From Bacillota bacterium (GTDB taxonomy: Bacteria; Bacillota_I; Bacilli_A; ML615J-28; CAG-698), in the NCBI GenBank assembly GCA_023410025.1, contig JAEYQM010000086.1, forward strand, positions 966 through 64,965: a DNA stretch of 64,000 nt. The letters run 5' to 3'. This document shows positions 11,053 through 21,582 of this stretch, piece by piece. The notes beneath the pieces were generated by a model, which was not told where the DNA came from, made no database searches, and saw only the letters and a list, made by a program, of their open reading frames with translations. The first letter of the stretch is position 1, and each line of letters starts with the position of its first letter. A program made the translations under genes and the position numbers.

Positions 11053-11481
11053 CTAATAACAATTTTCACTTTCAACAGGTGAATAAAAACAATGGGATTT
11101 AAATTTTCCCGAATTCCATTGATTAAACCATTGTGCTTGGCAATCGCCAGTTGTTGCATAAAACCAAAGTGATCTTTGGGCAGGTGAGAATTTCTCTCCT
11201 TTAATTACTCTACGAGCTAATTTAATATCAACTTCTCGTGCTGGTTGATAAAAATATGAGTAAAGAGTTGATTCAAATCCACCCGGTCTTTGAAACACCA
11301 TTTGCTCAATAGATCTTATATCAATAAAATCTAAACAATTTGCAAGAACTCTATTAATTCCAACATTACCCACTAAGAGCATTCCAAGTTGCCCATCACT
11401 TTCAGCTTCAGCACGCATAAGTCTAGCAAGTAGCTTAACTTCTGCCTCATTGTATTTCACAACGCTCATACCCCACCCCAT
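11053..11481 (-). CDS. cwlJ: Spore cortex-lytic cell wall hydrolase CwlJ/SleB family
   Basis: 142 aa Hydrolase_2-like domain (LARLMRAEAESDGQLGMLLVGNVGINRV...QRPGGFES). RBS GGGGTGGGGT. Forms cwlJ-gerQ pair. Confidence 0.85.
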   Translation of the reverse strand: MGWGMSVVKYNEAEVKLLARLMRAEAESDGQLGMLLVGNVGINRVLANCLDFIDIRSIEQMVFQRPGGFESTLYSYFYQPAREVDIKLARRVIKGEKFSPAQRSLWFYATTGDCQAQWFNQWNSGKFKSHCFYSPVESENCY

Positions 11482-11576
11482 TAAATTATATTAAGGCTTT
11501 TAATAAATATGTGTTAAAAATGAAAAATTTGTGATAGAATAAATATATAAAAATATATGGTAAAGTAGGGGATTAT

Positions 11577-12785
11577 ATGAAATTTGAATTTATACACTGT
11601 GGAGATTTACATCTAGGATGTTATCCAAATCATTTAGAAGAAAGATTTAATGACTTTTTTACTGCCTTTAATAATGTTATAGATTATGCAATTACTAACC
11701 AAATTTATGTTGTATTAATTGCTGGGGATTTATTTCATTTAAAAAATATAAATTCAAGAACATTACAAAGATCAATTGAGATTTTTAATAAAGCAAAAGA
11801 TCATAATATTGAAATTATAGCAATTGAAGGGAATCATGACAGGGCTTTTTATATTGATGAAGAAAGCTGGTTATATTTCTTAAATAAACAAAATTATATT
11901 AAATTACTACAAGTCGATGTAAATGATGGGAAAATTGAATATAATCCATATAATGGCATAAGCGGTAGTGTATTAGAAACAGATGATTACCGAATAGTTG
12001 GTTTAGGATATGTTGGTGGGTCAACAGAAACATATATAACAGAACTAAAAAAAGCATTAAAACCGTCTAAAAAATTTACAATAGTTATGATGCATGCAGC
12101 TGTAAATAGATTAGGTGGACAAGATATGGGTGATATCAAAAAAGAAGTCTTAAATAATCTAAAGGACTGTGTTAATTATATAGCTTTAGGACATATTCAT
12201 AATCGTTATGAATATGATAATTTTATCTATAACCCTGGATCTTTAGAAAATATAAGAATTAAAGATGGAATTAATTCTACACAAAAAGGATTCTATCATG
12301 TTAGTGTAGAAGATATGAAAAAAGAAATTAAATTTATTGAATCAAACCCAAGGAAAATTCATGATATTTCTATTAATGTTACCGGTATTAATACCCCAAC
12401 TGAAATTGAACAATTAGTACTAAATAAAGAATATGAGTTCAAAGATTTAGATATGGTATGTCTTAGATTATATGGAAAAGTAAACTTTAATCCATATCAA
12501 ATATCTACTGATATAGCAACAAAGATTAAAGAAAAATATAATCTATTACATATTGAATTTTCAAATAACATAAATATAGAAACAACAAATAAAAAAAGTG
12601 AAGAAACAATTAATGTTGATGAATTAATTAAAGATTATATTAAAGAAGATATAAATATTAATTTTCCTACTGTTGATGATCAAGATAAGATTGCAAAAGG
12701 GATGATTGATTTAGCTGATGAAATCATTGATGGAAAAAAAGAAGACTTAATTGAAAAATTATTAAAAATGGAAGTGAAATTATGA
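11577..12785 (+). CDS. sbcD: DNA repair exonuclease SbcD (Mre11-like metallophosphoesterase)
   Basis: Calcineurin-like motifs CGDLHLG, GDLFH, GNHD, HIHN. Translationally coupled to sbcC. Confidence 0.9.
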   Translation: MKFEFIHCGDLHLGCYPNHLEERFNDFFTAFNNVIDYAITNQIYVVLIAGDLFHLKNINSRTLQRSIEIFNKAKDHNIEIIAIEGNHDRAFYIDEESWLYFLNKQNYIKLLQVDVNDGKIEYNPYNGISGSVLETDDYRIVGLGYVGGSTETYITELKKALKPSKKFTIVMMHAAVNRLGGQDMGDIKKEVLNNLKDCVNYIALGHIHNRYEYDNFIYNPGSLENIRIKDGINSTQKGFYHVSVEDMKKEIKFIESNPRKIHDISINVTGINTPTEIEQLVLNKEYEFKDLDMVCLRLYGKVNFNPYQISTDIATKIKEKYNLLHIEFSNNINIETTNKKSEETINVDELIKDYIKEDININFPTVDDQDKIAKGMIDLADEIIDGKKEDLIEKLLKMEVKL

Positions 12786-15640
12786 TTATAAATAAAATCA
12801 TATTAGAAAATATAAAATCGTATAAATATGAAGAAATTGATTTTAGTGAAGGTATAAACTGTATTCTTGGCTTAAATGGTAGTGGAAAATCAACTATCAT
12901 TGAAAGTATTGGAATTGGTTTATTTAACTTTGTAAAAAGTTCAACAATATCCTCTGTTTTAAGATATAATGAAACTAAGGGAAGTATAGAAATAATCTTT
13001 ACAGCAAATGATGAAAGAATGTATAAAGTTGTAAGAACAATTAGACCAAAAGCTAATACAGTAAAGATATATGATTATGAAAAAAATATAGAATTATACA
13101 ACAATGTTAATGATGTATATTCCTTTATAAGAAATGTCTTAAAGATTAAAAAGACAAGAGATTTCAATCGTTTGTTTGAACAAGTTTTAGCCGTTCCTCA
13201 AGGGCAATATGTAAATTCATTTTTAGAGAAACCAAGTACAAGAAAAGAAACATTTGATAGACTATTTGACTTACATATTTACAAAGAAATATCAGACAAA
13301 GTTAAAGGTTTAAATGATGAAATCCAAAAAGAAAAAATTGCAAAAGTTAAAGAAGAAATCAAACTAATTGAAGGCCAAATTATTAACTTTGATGAAGAAA
13401 CTCAAAAGGGTAAAAAAATAGAGTTACAATTATTAGAATTAAATGAAAAACAAACAAGATTAGATAATGAATTTAATACAAATTTAATTTTTAAAAGAAA
13501 ATTAGAAGAGTTAAAATTTAATTTGGAAAATGCAAAAAATTCTAAAATAATTAATGAAACCAAACTTTCAAGTTATTTAAGTGAAAAATCAAGAGTAACT
13601 GAACTTTTAAATTCTTCTTTAAGATCGAAAGTTATTGTTGAAGAGAATTTATCTAAATATATGGAATATGAAAATAATATAGAGATAATTAGAGAACTTG
13701 AGATAAAAATAAAAAGAAATCAAAAACTTGAAGAAGAAAATCAAATAATTATTAAAAATATTGAATTAATTGAAAAAGATTTAGATAATATTTATTCAAA
13801 CAAACAAGATAAAGAAAAAATACTTGATCAATATAAAAAACAACTTGAAGAAATATTTAATGATACATATCTTCAAAAATTTAAACTTGAAGAAAATCAA
13901 AAAAAATACGAACTAGATAAAAAAGAATTTGAAAAAAATTTAGAAGATAATAACAAAATTATTTCGTTATTAAATGAAAAAATTAAAGATATTCAAATGT
14001 ATCAAGAAAGGTTAATTGATACAGATTATTTATTAATAGATAATGGCACAAATGATGTAAATCAATTAGAAAAAATTGATTTAGAATTAAAGCAAGTTGA
14101 TGGGATTATTGAACAAATTAATGAACTTAAAAAAGAATTAAATAAAGTTGAAAATCAAAGACAAATAAATTTTAATAATTCAAAAAGCACTCAAAATGGT
14201 TTATGTCCATTCTTAAATCAAAAGTGTAAGAATATTAATGAAGAATCTTTAAATTCCCATTTTGAAGATTTAATTAATGATAACGATATAAGAATTACTC
14301 AACTAGTTAATGAAATTGATTTTTTAGATAAAAAAACATTTAATAGAAAGCATTTAATTGAAGAAAAAAATAATATTCAAAATAAGATTAATTTGTATCA
14401 AAATGACTTAGATAGAAGAAACAAAATAATTAATCAGTTTAAATCTAAATATTTAGAATTGATGGATGAAGGTTTAACTATTAATGATAATATTAAAAAT
14501 ATATTAACTGATTTAGAAACTAAACTTAATCAAAAAAATAATTTAGCTTTAGAACTTAATTCAAAAAAAGATTATTTAATAAAACTAAGAACAGAAAATG
14601 ATTCACAAATTTTTCAAATCAATTTAAAAGAAAAGAATGCCAAGGATTTACAGTTAAAAATAAAAGATCTAGAAAAAGAAATTGATGAATTAACTTTAAA
14701 AATTAATCTATTAAAAAGAACAAAAGAAGAAACAATAAAATCAAAAAAAGTTATTGAAGAAAAACTATCAAGTAATAATAAAGATAAAGAAAGCCTTGAA
14801 AAACTTAAAACTGCAAATCAAAGTTTAATTCAATATCGAGACTTATATACAGTTAATTTTGAAAAATCCAAGGAAGTAGATAAATACGAAAAATCAGCTC
14901 AAGAATTTAATAAAATAACTTCAGAACTAGAAATAAAAATTGAGGAACTAAAAAATCAAATCGATGTATTAAATGCTGAGTATTCAATTGAAAAATATAA
15001 TGAAACATTAAAAATTCATGAAAATTTAATTAAAAACATTTCCGAAAACAAAGCAATAATGGAAGAAAAAAATAAGCAATTAAAAGAAATAAAAGAAAAA
15101 ATTGAATTTATGCTAATACTAAAAGAAGAGTTAAAAGTAAATCAAAACAAGTTAGATAGTTACCAAAATTCTGTAAAATTTCTTTCATATATGCGTGATA
15201 TTTATAATCGACTTCCTCAAGAATTATCAAAGAGATATCGTGAGTATGTAGCATATATGGCAACAAATTCATATAGAGCTATTTCAAATGAATTAGTACA
15301 TATTGAAATTCAAGATGATTATGGAATATCTCTAATTGATGATAAAAATCCAAAGAACATTAAAACTATAGATCAACTTAGTGGTGGTGAACAAATGAGT
15401 GTAGCTCTTTCTGTTAGATTTGCAATGCTTAAACAATTATCAGGATTAGATATATATTTCTTGGATGAACCAACAATAAACTTAGATTTTCAAAGAAGAA
15501 CAAATATAGCTGATGTAGTACTAGAGATATCTCAAGAGTTAAGTCAAATGTTTGTTATCAGTCATGATGATACATTTGATGATATAACCGAAAGAGTTAT
15601 TAAAATCGAAAAAGAGGAAAATATAAGTAGAGTTAAGTAA
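12782..15640 (+). CDS. sbcC: DNA repair ATPase SbcC (Rad50-like)
   Basis: 952 aa. Walker A LNGSGKST, long K/E/N-rich coiled coil with central Cys hook region (CPFLNQKCK), signature LSGGE, Walker B FLDEPT. Confidence 0.9.
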   Translation: MIINKIILENIKSYKYEEIDFSEGINCILGLNGSGKSTIIESIGIGLFNFVKSSTISSVLRYNETKGSIEIIFTANDERMYKVVRTIRPKANTVKIYDYEKNIELYNNVNDVYSFIRNVLKIKKTRDFNRLFEQVLAVPQGQYVNSFLEKPSTRKETFDRLFDLHIYKEISDKVKGLNDEIQKEKIAKVKEEIKLIEGQIINFDEETQKGKKIELQLLELNEKQTRLDNEFNTNLIFKRKLEELKFNLENAKNSKIINETKLSSYLSEKSRVTELLNSSLRSKVIVEENLSKYMEYENNIEIIRELEIKIKRNQKLEEENQIIIKNIELIEKDLDNIYSNKQDKEKILDQYKKQLEEIFNDTYLQKFKLEENQKKYELDKKEFEKNLEDNNKIISLLNEKIKDIQMYQERLIDTDYLLIDNGTNDVNQLEKIDLELKQVDGIIEQINELKKELNKVENQRQINFNNSKSTQNGLCPFLNQKCKNINEESLNSHFEDLINDNDIRITQLVNEIDFLDKKTFNRKHLIEEKNNIQNKINLYQNDLDRRNKIINQFKSKYLELMDEGLTINDNIKNILTDLETKLNQKNNLALELNSKKDYLIKLRTENDSQIFQINLKEKNAKDLQLKIKDLEKEIDELTLKINLLKRTKEETIKSKKVIEEKLSSNNKDKESLEKLKTANQSLIQYRDLYTVNFEKSKEVDKYEKSAQEFNKITSELEIKIEELKNQIDVLNAEYSIEKYNETLKIHENLIKNISENKAIMEEKNKQLKEIKEKIEFMLILKEELKVNQNKLDSYQNSVKFLSYMRDIYNRLPQELSKRYREYVAYMATNSYRAISNELVHIEIQDDYGISLIDDKNPKNIKTIDQLSGGEQMSVALSVRFAMLKQLSGLDIYFLDEPTINLDFQRRTNIADVVLEISQELSQMFVISHDDTFDDITERVIKIEKEENISRVK

Positions 15641-15705
15641 AATTATTTTACTTTTAAAGCATGGTTTGATATAATACTATGTTAATCTGTTAATCGAGGA
15701 AAGAT

Positions 15706-16653
15706 ATGTATAAAAAATTAAATGAAATAATTCAAAAGTACAACAGAATAATCATACATAGACATTATCGACCTGATGGAGATGCCATTGGAAGTCAGAT
15801 AGGTCTAAAAGAAATCCTAAAGGATAACTTTCCAAATAAAGAAATTTATGCCGTTGGTGATGAAAATGACTTATTCACATTTATTGGTAGAGTAGATGAA
15901 ATTTGCGATGATTTATATAAAGGATCATTAGTCATAGTAGTAGATTCTGGTGCTGAAAAACTAATAAGTGACCTGCGCTACAAAAATGCAGATTATTTAG
16001 TTAAAATAGATCACCATTCTTCAGGATCAAGCTATGGAGATTTAAACATTGTTGATACAAGTGAGATAAGTTGTGCTAGTTTGATAGCTAATATATTTTA
16101 TAGTTTAGGTTATAAAATAAATAAGCAAGCTTCATATGCATTATTTAGTGGACTTGTAAGTGATAGTAATCGTTTCTTTTATGCCGGGGTTAACCAAAAA
16201 ACATTTTTGGTGGCTTACAAATTAATGGAAACAGGGATAGATATTCAAGATATATATAGAAATTTATATACAGAAGATTATGAATTTGTTAAACTTAAAG
16301 CACAGTTCATATTATCTATTCAAAAGACTCAAAATGGTGTTGCTTATATAAAAACAACATATGAAAAATTTAAAGAATATAATATTGATTTCTTCTTTGT
16401 ATCAAGAGGATTAGTTAATTCAATGAGTGGAATAAAAGGAATTGATATTTGGGTTAACTTTACTGAAGATGAATCTGGAATAGTTCATGCGGAATTAAGA
16501 TCAACTAAATATAATATTAACCCTATTGCTGTAAAATATGGAGGTGGAGGTCACAAATTAGCAAGTGGTGCTGCACTAGTAGGTTTTGAGGCAGCCGATG
16601 CAATGCTTAATGATTTAGACCAATTAATAATGGAGGATAAAAATGGACGTTAA
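15706..16653 (+). CDS. nrnA: DHH/DHHA1 phosphoesterase, NrnA-like (nanoRNase/pAp phosphatase)
   Basis: Motifs IIIHRHYRPDGDAIGS, DHH (KIDHHSS), DHHA1 GGGH. Confidence 0.85.
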   Translation: MYKKLNEIIQKYNRIIIHRHYRPDGDAIGSQIGLKEILKDNFPNKEIYAVGDENDLFTFIGRVDEICDDLYKGSLVIVVDSGAEKLISDLRYKNADYLVKIDHHSSGSSYGDLNIVDTSEISCASLIANIFYSLGYKINKQASYALFSGLVSDSNRFFYAGVNQKTFLVAYKLMETGIDIQDIYRNLYTEDYEFVKLKAQFILSIQKTQNGVAYIKTTYEKFKEYNIDFFFVSRGLVNSMSGIKGIDIWVNFTEDESGIVHAELRSTKYNINPIAVKYGGGGHKLASGAALVGFEAADAMLNDLDQLIMEDKNGR

Positions 16654-17791
16654 AGAAACTATAAAAAAAATAAAAGACACAGTAACAAGTAGTGAAACAT
16701 ATGATCAAGTTACACAAGCAATTAATAGTGTAACAGATATAGCTAATAAAATTAAAGCAGAAGGGCTTCAAGATACAGTAACAGATATAATTAATGATTC
16801 TAATCTAAAAAAGGATGAATATTATGATATCAAAAAAGCAATTCTTGATAAAATAAAAGCATATAATACAATAATTATTCATCGTCATGTTAGTCCTGAT
16901 GGAGATGCTTTTGGAAGTGCATACGGATTAAGAGAAATGTTAAGAACGTCATTTCCTGAAAAGAAAGTATTAGCAGTTGGAAGTGATACTGTTGAATACT
17001 TAAAATTTATGGGTGAAGATGATCAAGTAACTGAAGAAGATTATAAAGATGCCTTAGTCATTATCTTAGATACTGCTGATTCAAAAAGAATTAGTGGAAA
17101 ACTATACAATACAGGTAAAGAAACAATTAAAATTGATCACCACTTAAGAGTTGAAGATTATGCAAATCTAAACTATGTAAGAGAAGAAATGCCAGCAACA
17201 GCAATTGTCTTAATAGACTTCTATAACACATTCCCTAAAGAATTAAAGATTTCTTCACAAGGAGCAATGTTTTTATATTTAGGTACAGTAACTGATACAG
17301 GCAGATTTAGATATAGTTCAGTGAATGGTCAAACATTAAGACTTGCTGGAACAATGTTAGATAAGGGCTTTGATACAGAAAGAATGTATGCAAATCTAAA
17401 CCTAAAAGAAAAAGAATCAATGAAGTTAACGGGATATGTACTAAATAACTTCAAAATGACTGAAAATGGTGTATGTTACATATATTTAAGTAAGAGAATT
17501 CAAAAGAAATTTAAAGTTGGTACTGAAGAAGCAACTGCTCAAGTAAATGTAATGGACAGTGTAAAAGGTGGGCTTATATGGATTTTATTTGTTGAATTCG
17601 ATAATATTATCAGGGTAAGACTTCGCTCACGATTCATTGGTGTAAATGACATTGCAAGACAATTCAATGGTGGTGGACATATGCAAGCAAGTGGTGCAAG
17701 TGTTAAGAATAAGAAAGAAATGAAAAAAATGATTGATATGGCTGATGAAGCTTTAAAAATATATAAAGAAGAACATAAGGATGTAAAGTGA
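16643..17791 (+). CDS. Second DHH/DHHA1 phosphoesterase (NrnA paralog) with ~70-aa N-terminal extension
   Basis: IIIHRHVSPDGDAFGS, KIDHH, GGGH. Overlaps the upstream gene by 11 nt and surE start by 1 nt. Confidence 0.85.
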   Translation: MDVKETIKKIKDTVTSSETYDQVTQAINSVTDIANKIKAEGLQDTVTDIINDSNLKKDEYYDIKKAILDKIKAYNTIIIHRHVSPDGDAFGSAYGLREMLRTSFPEKKVLAVGSDTVEYLKFMGEDDQVTEEDYKDALVIILDTADSKRISGKLYNTGKETIKIDHHLRVEDYANLNYVREEMPATAIVLIDFYNTFPKELKISSQGAMFLYLGTVTDTGRFRYSSVNGQTLRLAGTMLDKGFDTERMYANLNLKEKESMKLTGYVLNNFKMTENGVCYIYLSKRIQKKFKVGTEEATAQVNVMDSVKGGLIWILFVEFDNIIRVRLRSRFIGVNDIARQFNGGGHMQASGASVKNKKEMKKMIDMADEALKIYKEEHKDVK

Positions 17792-18492
17792 TGCGTATTT
17801 TAATTGCAAACGATGATGGAGTAAATTCAGAAGGTATTTTAATTCTTGCTAATGCGGCAAAAAAATTTGGGGAAGTTATAGTAGTTGCCCCACTAACAGA
17901 ACAGTCAGCAAAAAGTCATGCAATAACTATTAGAAGTGGAATGACTTATCATGAAATGTCTGATATTACTGAAGGTGTGAAAACATATGCACTAGAAGCA
18001 TCTCCCGCTGACTGTGTAAGATTTGCTAAATACTATTTAAATGATGAATATGATATTGTATTTTCAGGAATAAACAATGGATTTAACCTTGGAGAAGATA
18101 TCTTATATTCTGGAACAGTTGGAGCAGCAAGTGAAGGAGTATTAACTAAAGCAAAAGCTATTGCCTTTTCAACAAAACACAACAATTTTCAATATGCAAA
18201 AAATTGGATTGATCAAACTATTGAATATATATTTACAAATAAACTATTAGATAAAACTGATCTATTGAATGTAAATATTCCTTTAGAACCTAAAGGAATT
18301 AAAATTACTAAACAAGGTACAACAAACTTTCAAACTCACTTTACATATCAAGAAGGTATGGTATGGCAAAAAGGAAAACCGGACTTTTCATTAGATAAAG
18401 ATATTGATAGTGATGTAAAAGCGGTAAATGATGGATATATATCAATAAGTCCATTAACTGTTGATAGAACTGATCATAAGTTTTTTAGTTAA
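17791..18492 (+). CDS. surE: 5'/3'-nucleotidase SurE
   Basis: N-terminal MRILIANDDG signature of SurE. ATG at 17791 preferred over the track's GTG at 17788. Confidence 0.9.
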   Translation: MRILIANDDGVNSEGILILANAAKKFGEVIVVAPLTEQSAKSHAITIRSGMTYHEMSDITEGVKTYALEASPADCVRFAKYYLNDEYDIVFSGINNGFNLGEDILYSGTVGAASEGVLTKAKAIAFSTKHNNFQYAKNWIDQTIEYIFTNKLLDKTDLLNVNIPLEPKGIKITKQGTTNFQTHFTYQEGMVWQKGKPDFSLDKDIDSDVKAVNDGYISISPLTVDRTDHKFFS

Positions 18493-18538
18493 TACATAAT
18501 TTAAAATTCATACTCATATAATTATATGAGGTGGTAGC

Positions 18539-18718
18539 ATGAAATTTATTAAATGGTTATTTAAATCTTTACTTATATCCCTAGTATTAATATTTGTTAT
18601 TAATATAGTAGGTGTTTATATAGGTATCAATATTCCGGTAAATGTATGGACAATCTTAATCATAGCCTTATTTAGACTTCCCGGTGCAATTATACTAATA
18701 ATATTTTTCATGCTATAA
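18539..18718 (+). CDS. Small hydrophobic protein (59 aa, 2 predicted transmembrane helices), not in ORF track
   Basis: ATG preceded by RBS GAGGTGG at 18528-18534. Translation MKFIKWLFKSLLISLVLIFVINIVGVYIGINIPVNVWTILIIALFRLPGAIILIIFFML. Below the track's 60-aa cutoff. Confidence 0.45.
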   Translation: MKFIKWLFKSLLISLVLIFVINIVGVYIGINIPVNVWTILIIALFRLPGAIILIIFFML

Positions 18719-18725
18719 ATTTTTC

Positions 18726-18754
18726 TTGATAAATTTACAAATATAGGATACAAT
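18726..18754 (+). promoter_or_regulatory. Sigma-A promoter of rpoE (TTGATA-17-TACAAT)
   Basis: -35 TTGATA at 18726-18731, 17-nt spacer, -10 TACAAT at 18749-18754. 22 nt upstream of RBS GGAGG. Confidence 0.6.
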
Positions 18755-18776
18755 GTATACATATTGGAGGAATAAT

Positions 18777-19370
18777 ATGGGTGAAATAAACAATGAATCT
18801 TTATTAGAGATTGCAGTTAATTTGATGAAATCAAAGAAAAAACCTAAATCATTAAAAGAAATAACTAATGAAGTGTTCCAAGTAAAAGGTAATGAATCTT
18901 TAGATGATATCGCGGAACAAAAGGCGCAATTTCAAGTAGATTTTATGGTTAGTGGATTTTTTGTTTGCTGTGGCGAAAACACAAAAGGGCAAACATTATG
19001 GGATTTAAAATCACGTCAACCTTCAACACTAAATGATAAAGATGGAAACTATGATGATTTATATGCTGATGACGAAGATGTAATCAAAAACGAACTAAAA
19101 GAAGATATTTTCGAAGTCCCTGGATTTAAAGAATCTGTTAATTTGATTGATGATGACATTGAAGAAGATGATTTAGAACATGATGAAATCGAAGAAGAAT
19201 TGAATCTTGTTGATGATGCTGACGAAGAAATTGAACCAGATATCGAAATAGATGTTGATGCTGAAGAAGAAGATGAAATCACAGAAAAATTAGCATCGGA
19301 ATTATTATTAGATGATGAAGAAGATACTGAAGAAGAATTAGATGATATTGAAGAAGCATTAAAAAAATAA
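18777..19370 (+). CDS. rpoE: DNA-directed RNA polymerase subunit delta
   Basis: N-terminal HARE-HTH-like domain (LLEIAVNLMKSKKKPKSLKEI...) and long acidic D/E-rich C-terminal tail. Directly upstream of pyrG as in Bacillus. Start at ATG 18777 after GGAGG. Confidence 0.85.
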   Translation: MGEINNESLLEIAVNLMKSKKKPKSLKEITNEVFQVKGNESLDDIAEQKAQFQVDFMVSGFFVCCGENTKGQTLWDLKSRQPSTLNDKDGNYDDLYADDEDVIKNELKEDIFEVPGFKESVNLIDDDIEEDDLEHDEIEEELNLVDDADEEIEPDIEIDVDAEEEDEITEKLASELLLDDEEDTEEELDDIEEALKK

Positions 19371-19388
19371 GCAATAGCTTATTTTTTT
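19365..19388 (+). terminator. Intrinsic terminator after rpoE
   Basis: AAATAAGC-AATA-GCTTATTT stem-loop followed by TTTTT. Confidence 0.6.
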
Positions 19389-19404
19389 CAAATAAGGTGA
19401 TAAA

Positions 19405-19731
19405 ATGATAATTAATTTTAATGAAATAAAACCGAGTACAGTTGAAAAGATGCGTGGTGGTGAAAAACAAGCTTCGCTTAATCGATTAGATATCGATAAT
19501 AAGATGATAGCAAGAATAACTTTAGAACCATCATCTTCAATTGGTTATCACACACATGTTGAAGATGAAGAAATAATATATATTATTTCTGGTCAAGGAA
19601 AATGTATTGATAATGGAGTGGAAACACAAATTTATGAAGGACAAGTTAACTATATTCCAAGAGGAAAAAGTCACAGCATAATCAATAATTCAAATAAAGA
19701 TTTAGTATTATTAGCAATTATATATAAGTAA
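19405..19731 (+). CDS. Cupin-domain protein
   Basis: 108 aa. Cupin motifs G(Y)HTH(V)EDEE...G and a second conserved His (GKSHSIIN). RBS AAGGTGA. Confidence 0.6.
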   Translation: MIINFNEIKPSTVEKMRGGEKQASLNRLDIDNKMIARITLEPSSSIGYHTHVEDEEIIYIISGQGKCIDNGVETQIYEGQVNYIPRGKSHSIINNSNKDLVLLAIIYK

Positions 19732-19747
19732 AAAAATTAAAAAAAAC

Positions 19748-19819
19748 TTGATAAATATAAAATAAATGCTATAATAAACAAGAGCCCAAAAAGTTCTCTT
19801 TAAAAAGAGAACTTTTTTT
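19748..19819 (+). promoter_or_regulatory. pyrG promoter (TTGATA-16-TGcTATAAT) plus leader terminator/attenuator hairpin
   Basis: -35 at 19748-19753, extended -10 at 19767-19775. Perfect 11-bp stem AAAGTTCTCTT/AAGAGAACTTT (19790-19815) with a 4-nt loop and T-run, ending 3 nt before the RBS AGGAG. Confidence 0.55.
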
Positions 19820-19824
19820 ATTAG

Positions 19825-21423
<1,599 letters not shown>

Positions 21424-21428
21424 AGCAA

Positions 21429-21464
21429 AAGTAATATAGGCCTTGAGTTTATATTACTTTTTTT
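21429..21464 (+). terminator. Intrinsic terminator after pyrG
   Basis: 10-bp stem AAGTAATATA / TATATTACTT with an 11-nt loop, followed by TTTTTT. Confidence 0.65.
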
Positions 21465-21582
21465 AAAACATAATATTTAAAAAATTCATTACTGCAGAAT
21501 AATAAAATAAAAATACAAACATAAAAAAACATTAGTAATTTGTAAAAAAGTATTGTATAATATAAATAATAGGAGGGAAATT

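Noticed and set aside
11482-11576. Looked for a sigma-E/sigma-K sporulation promoter upstream of cwlJ on the minus strand
   Set aside because: Only weak partial matches (CATATTTATT) without a convincing -35. Cannot support a call from sequence alone.
13300-15100. Highly repetitive K/E/N-rich A-rich DNA resembling tandem repeats or a CRISPR-like periodicity
   Set aside because: It is the coiled-coil region of SbcC. Repeats are degenerate heptad-driven codon repetition (AAA/GAA/AAT), not direct repeats with unique spacers. No cas genes.
21424-21582. Possible ZTP (pfl) or THF riboswitch upstream of fhs/folD, since these genes are often under such control
   Set aside because: The spacer is almost pure A/T with a simple sigma-A promoter. 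It contains none of the GC-rich conserved pseudoknot segments of the pfl/ZTP or THF motifs.
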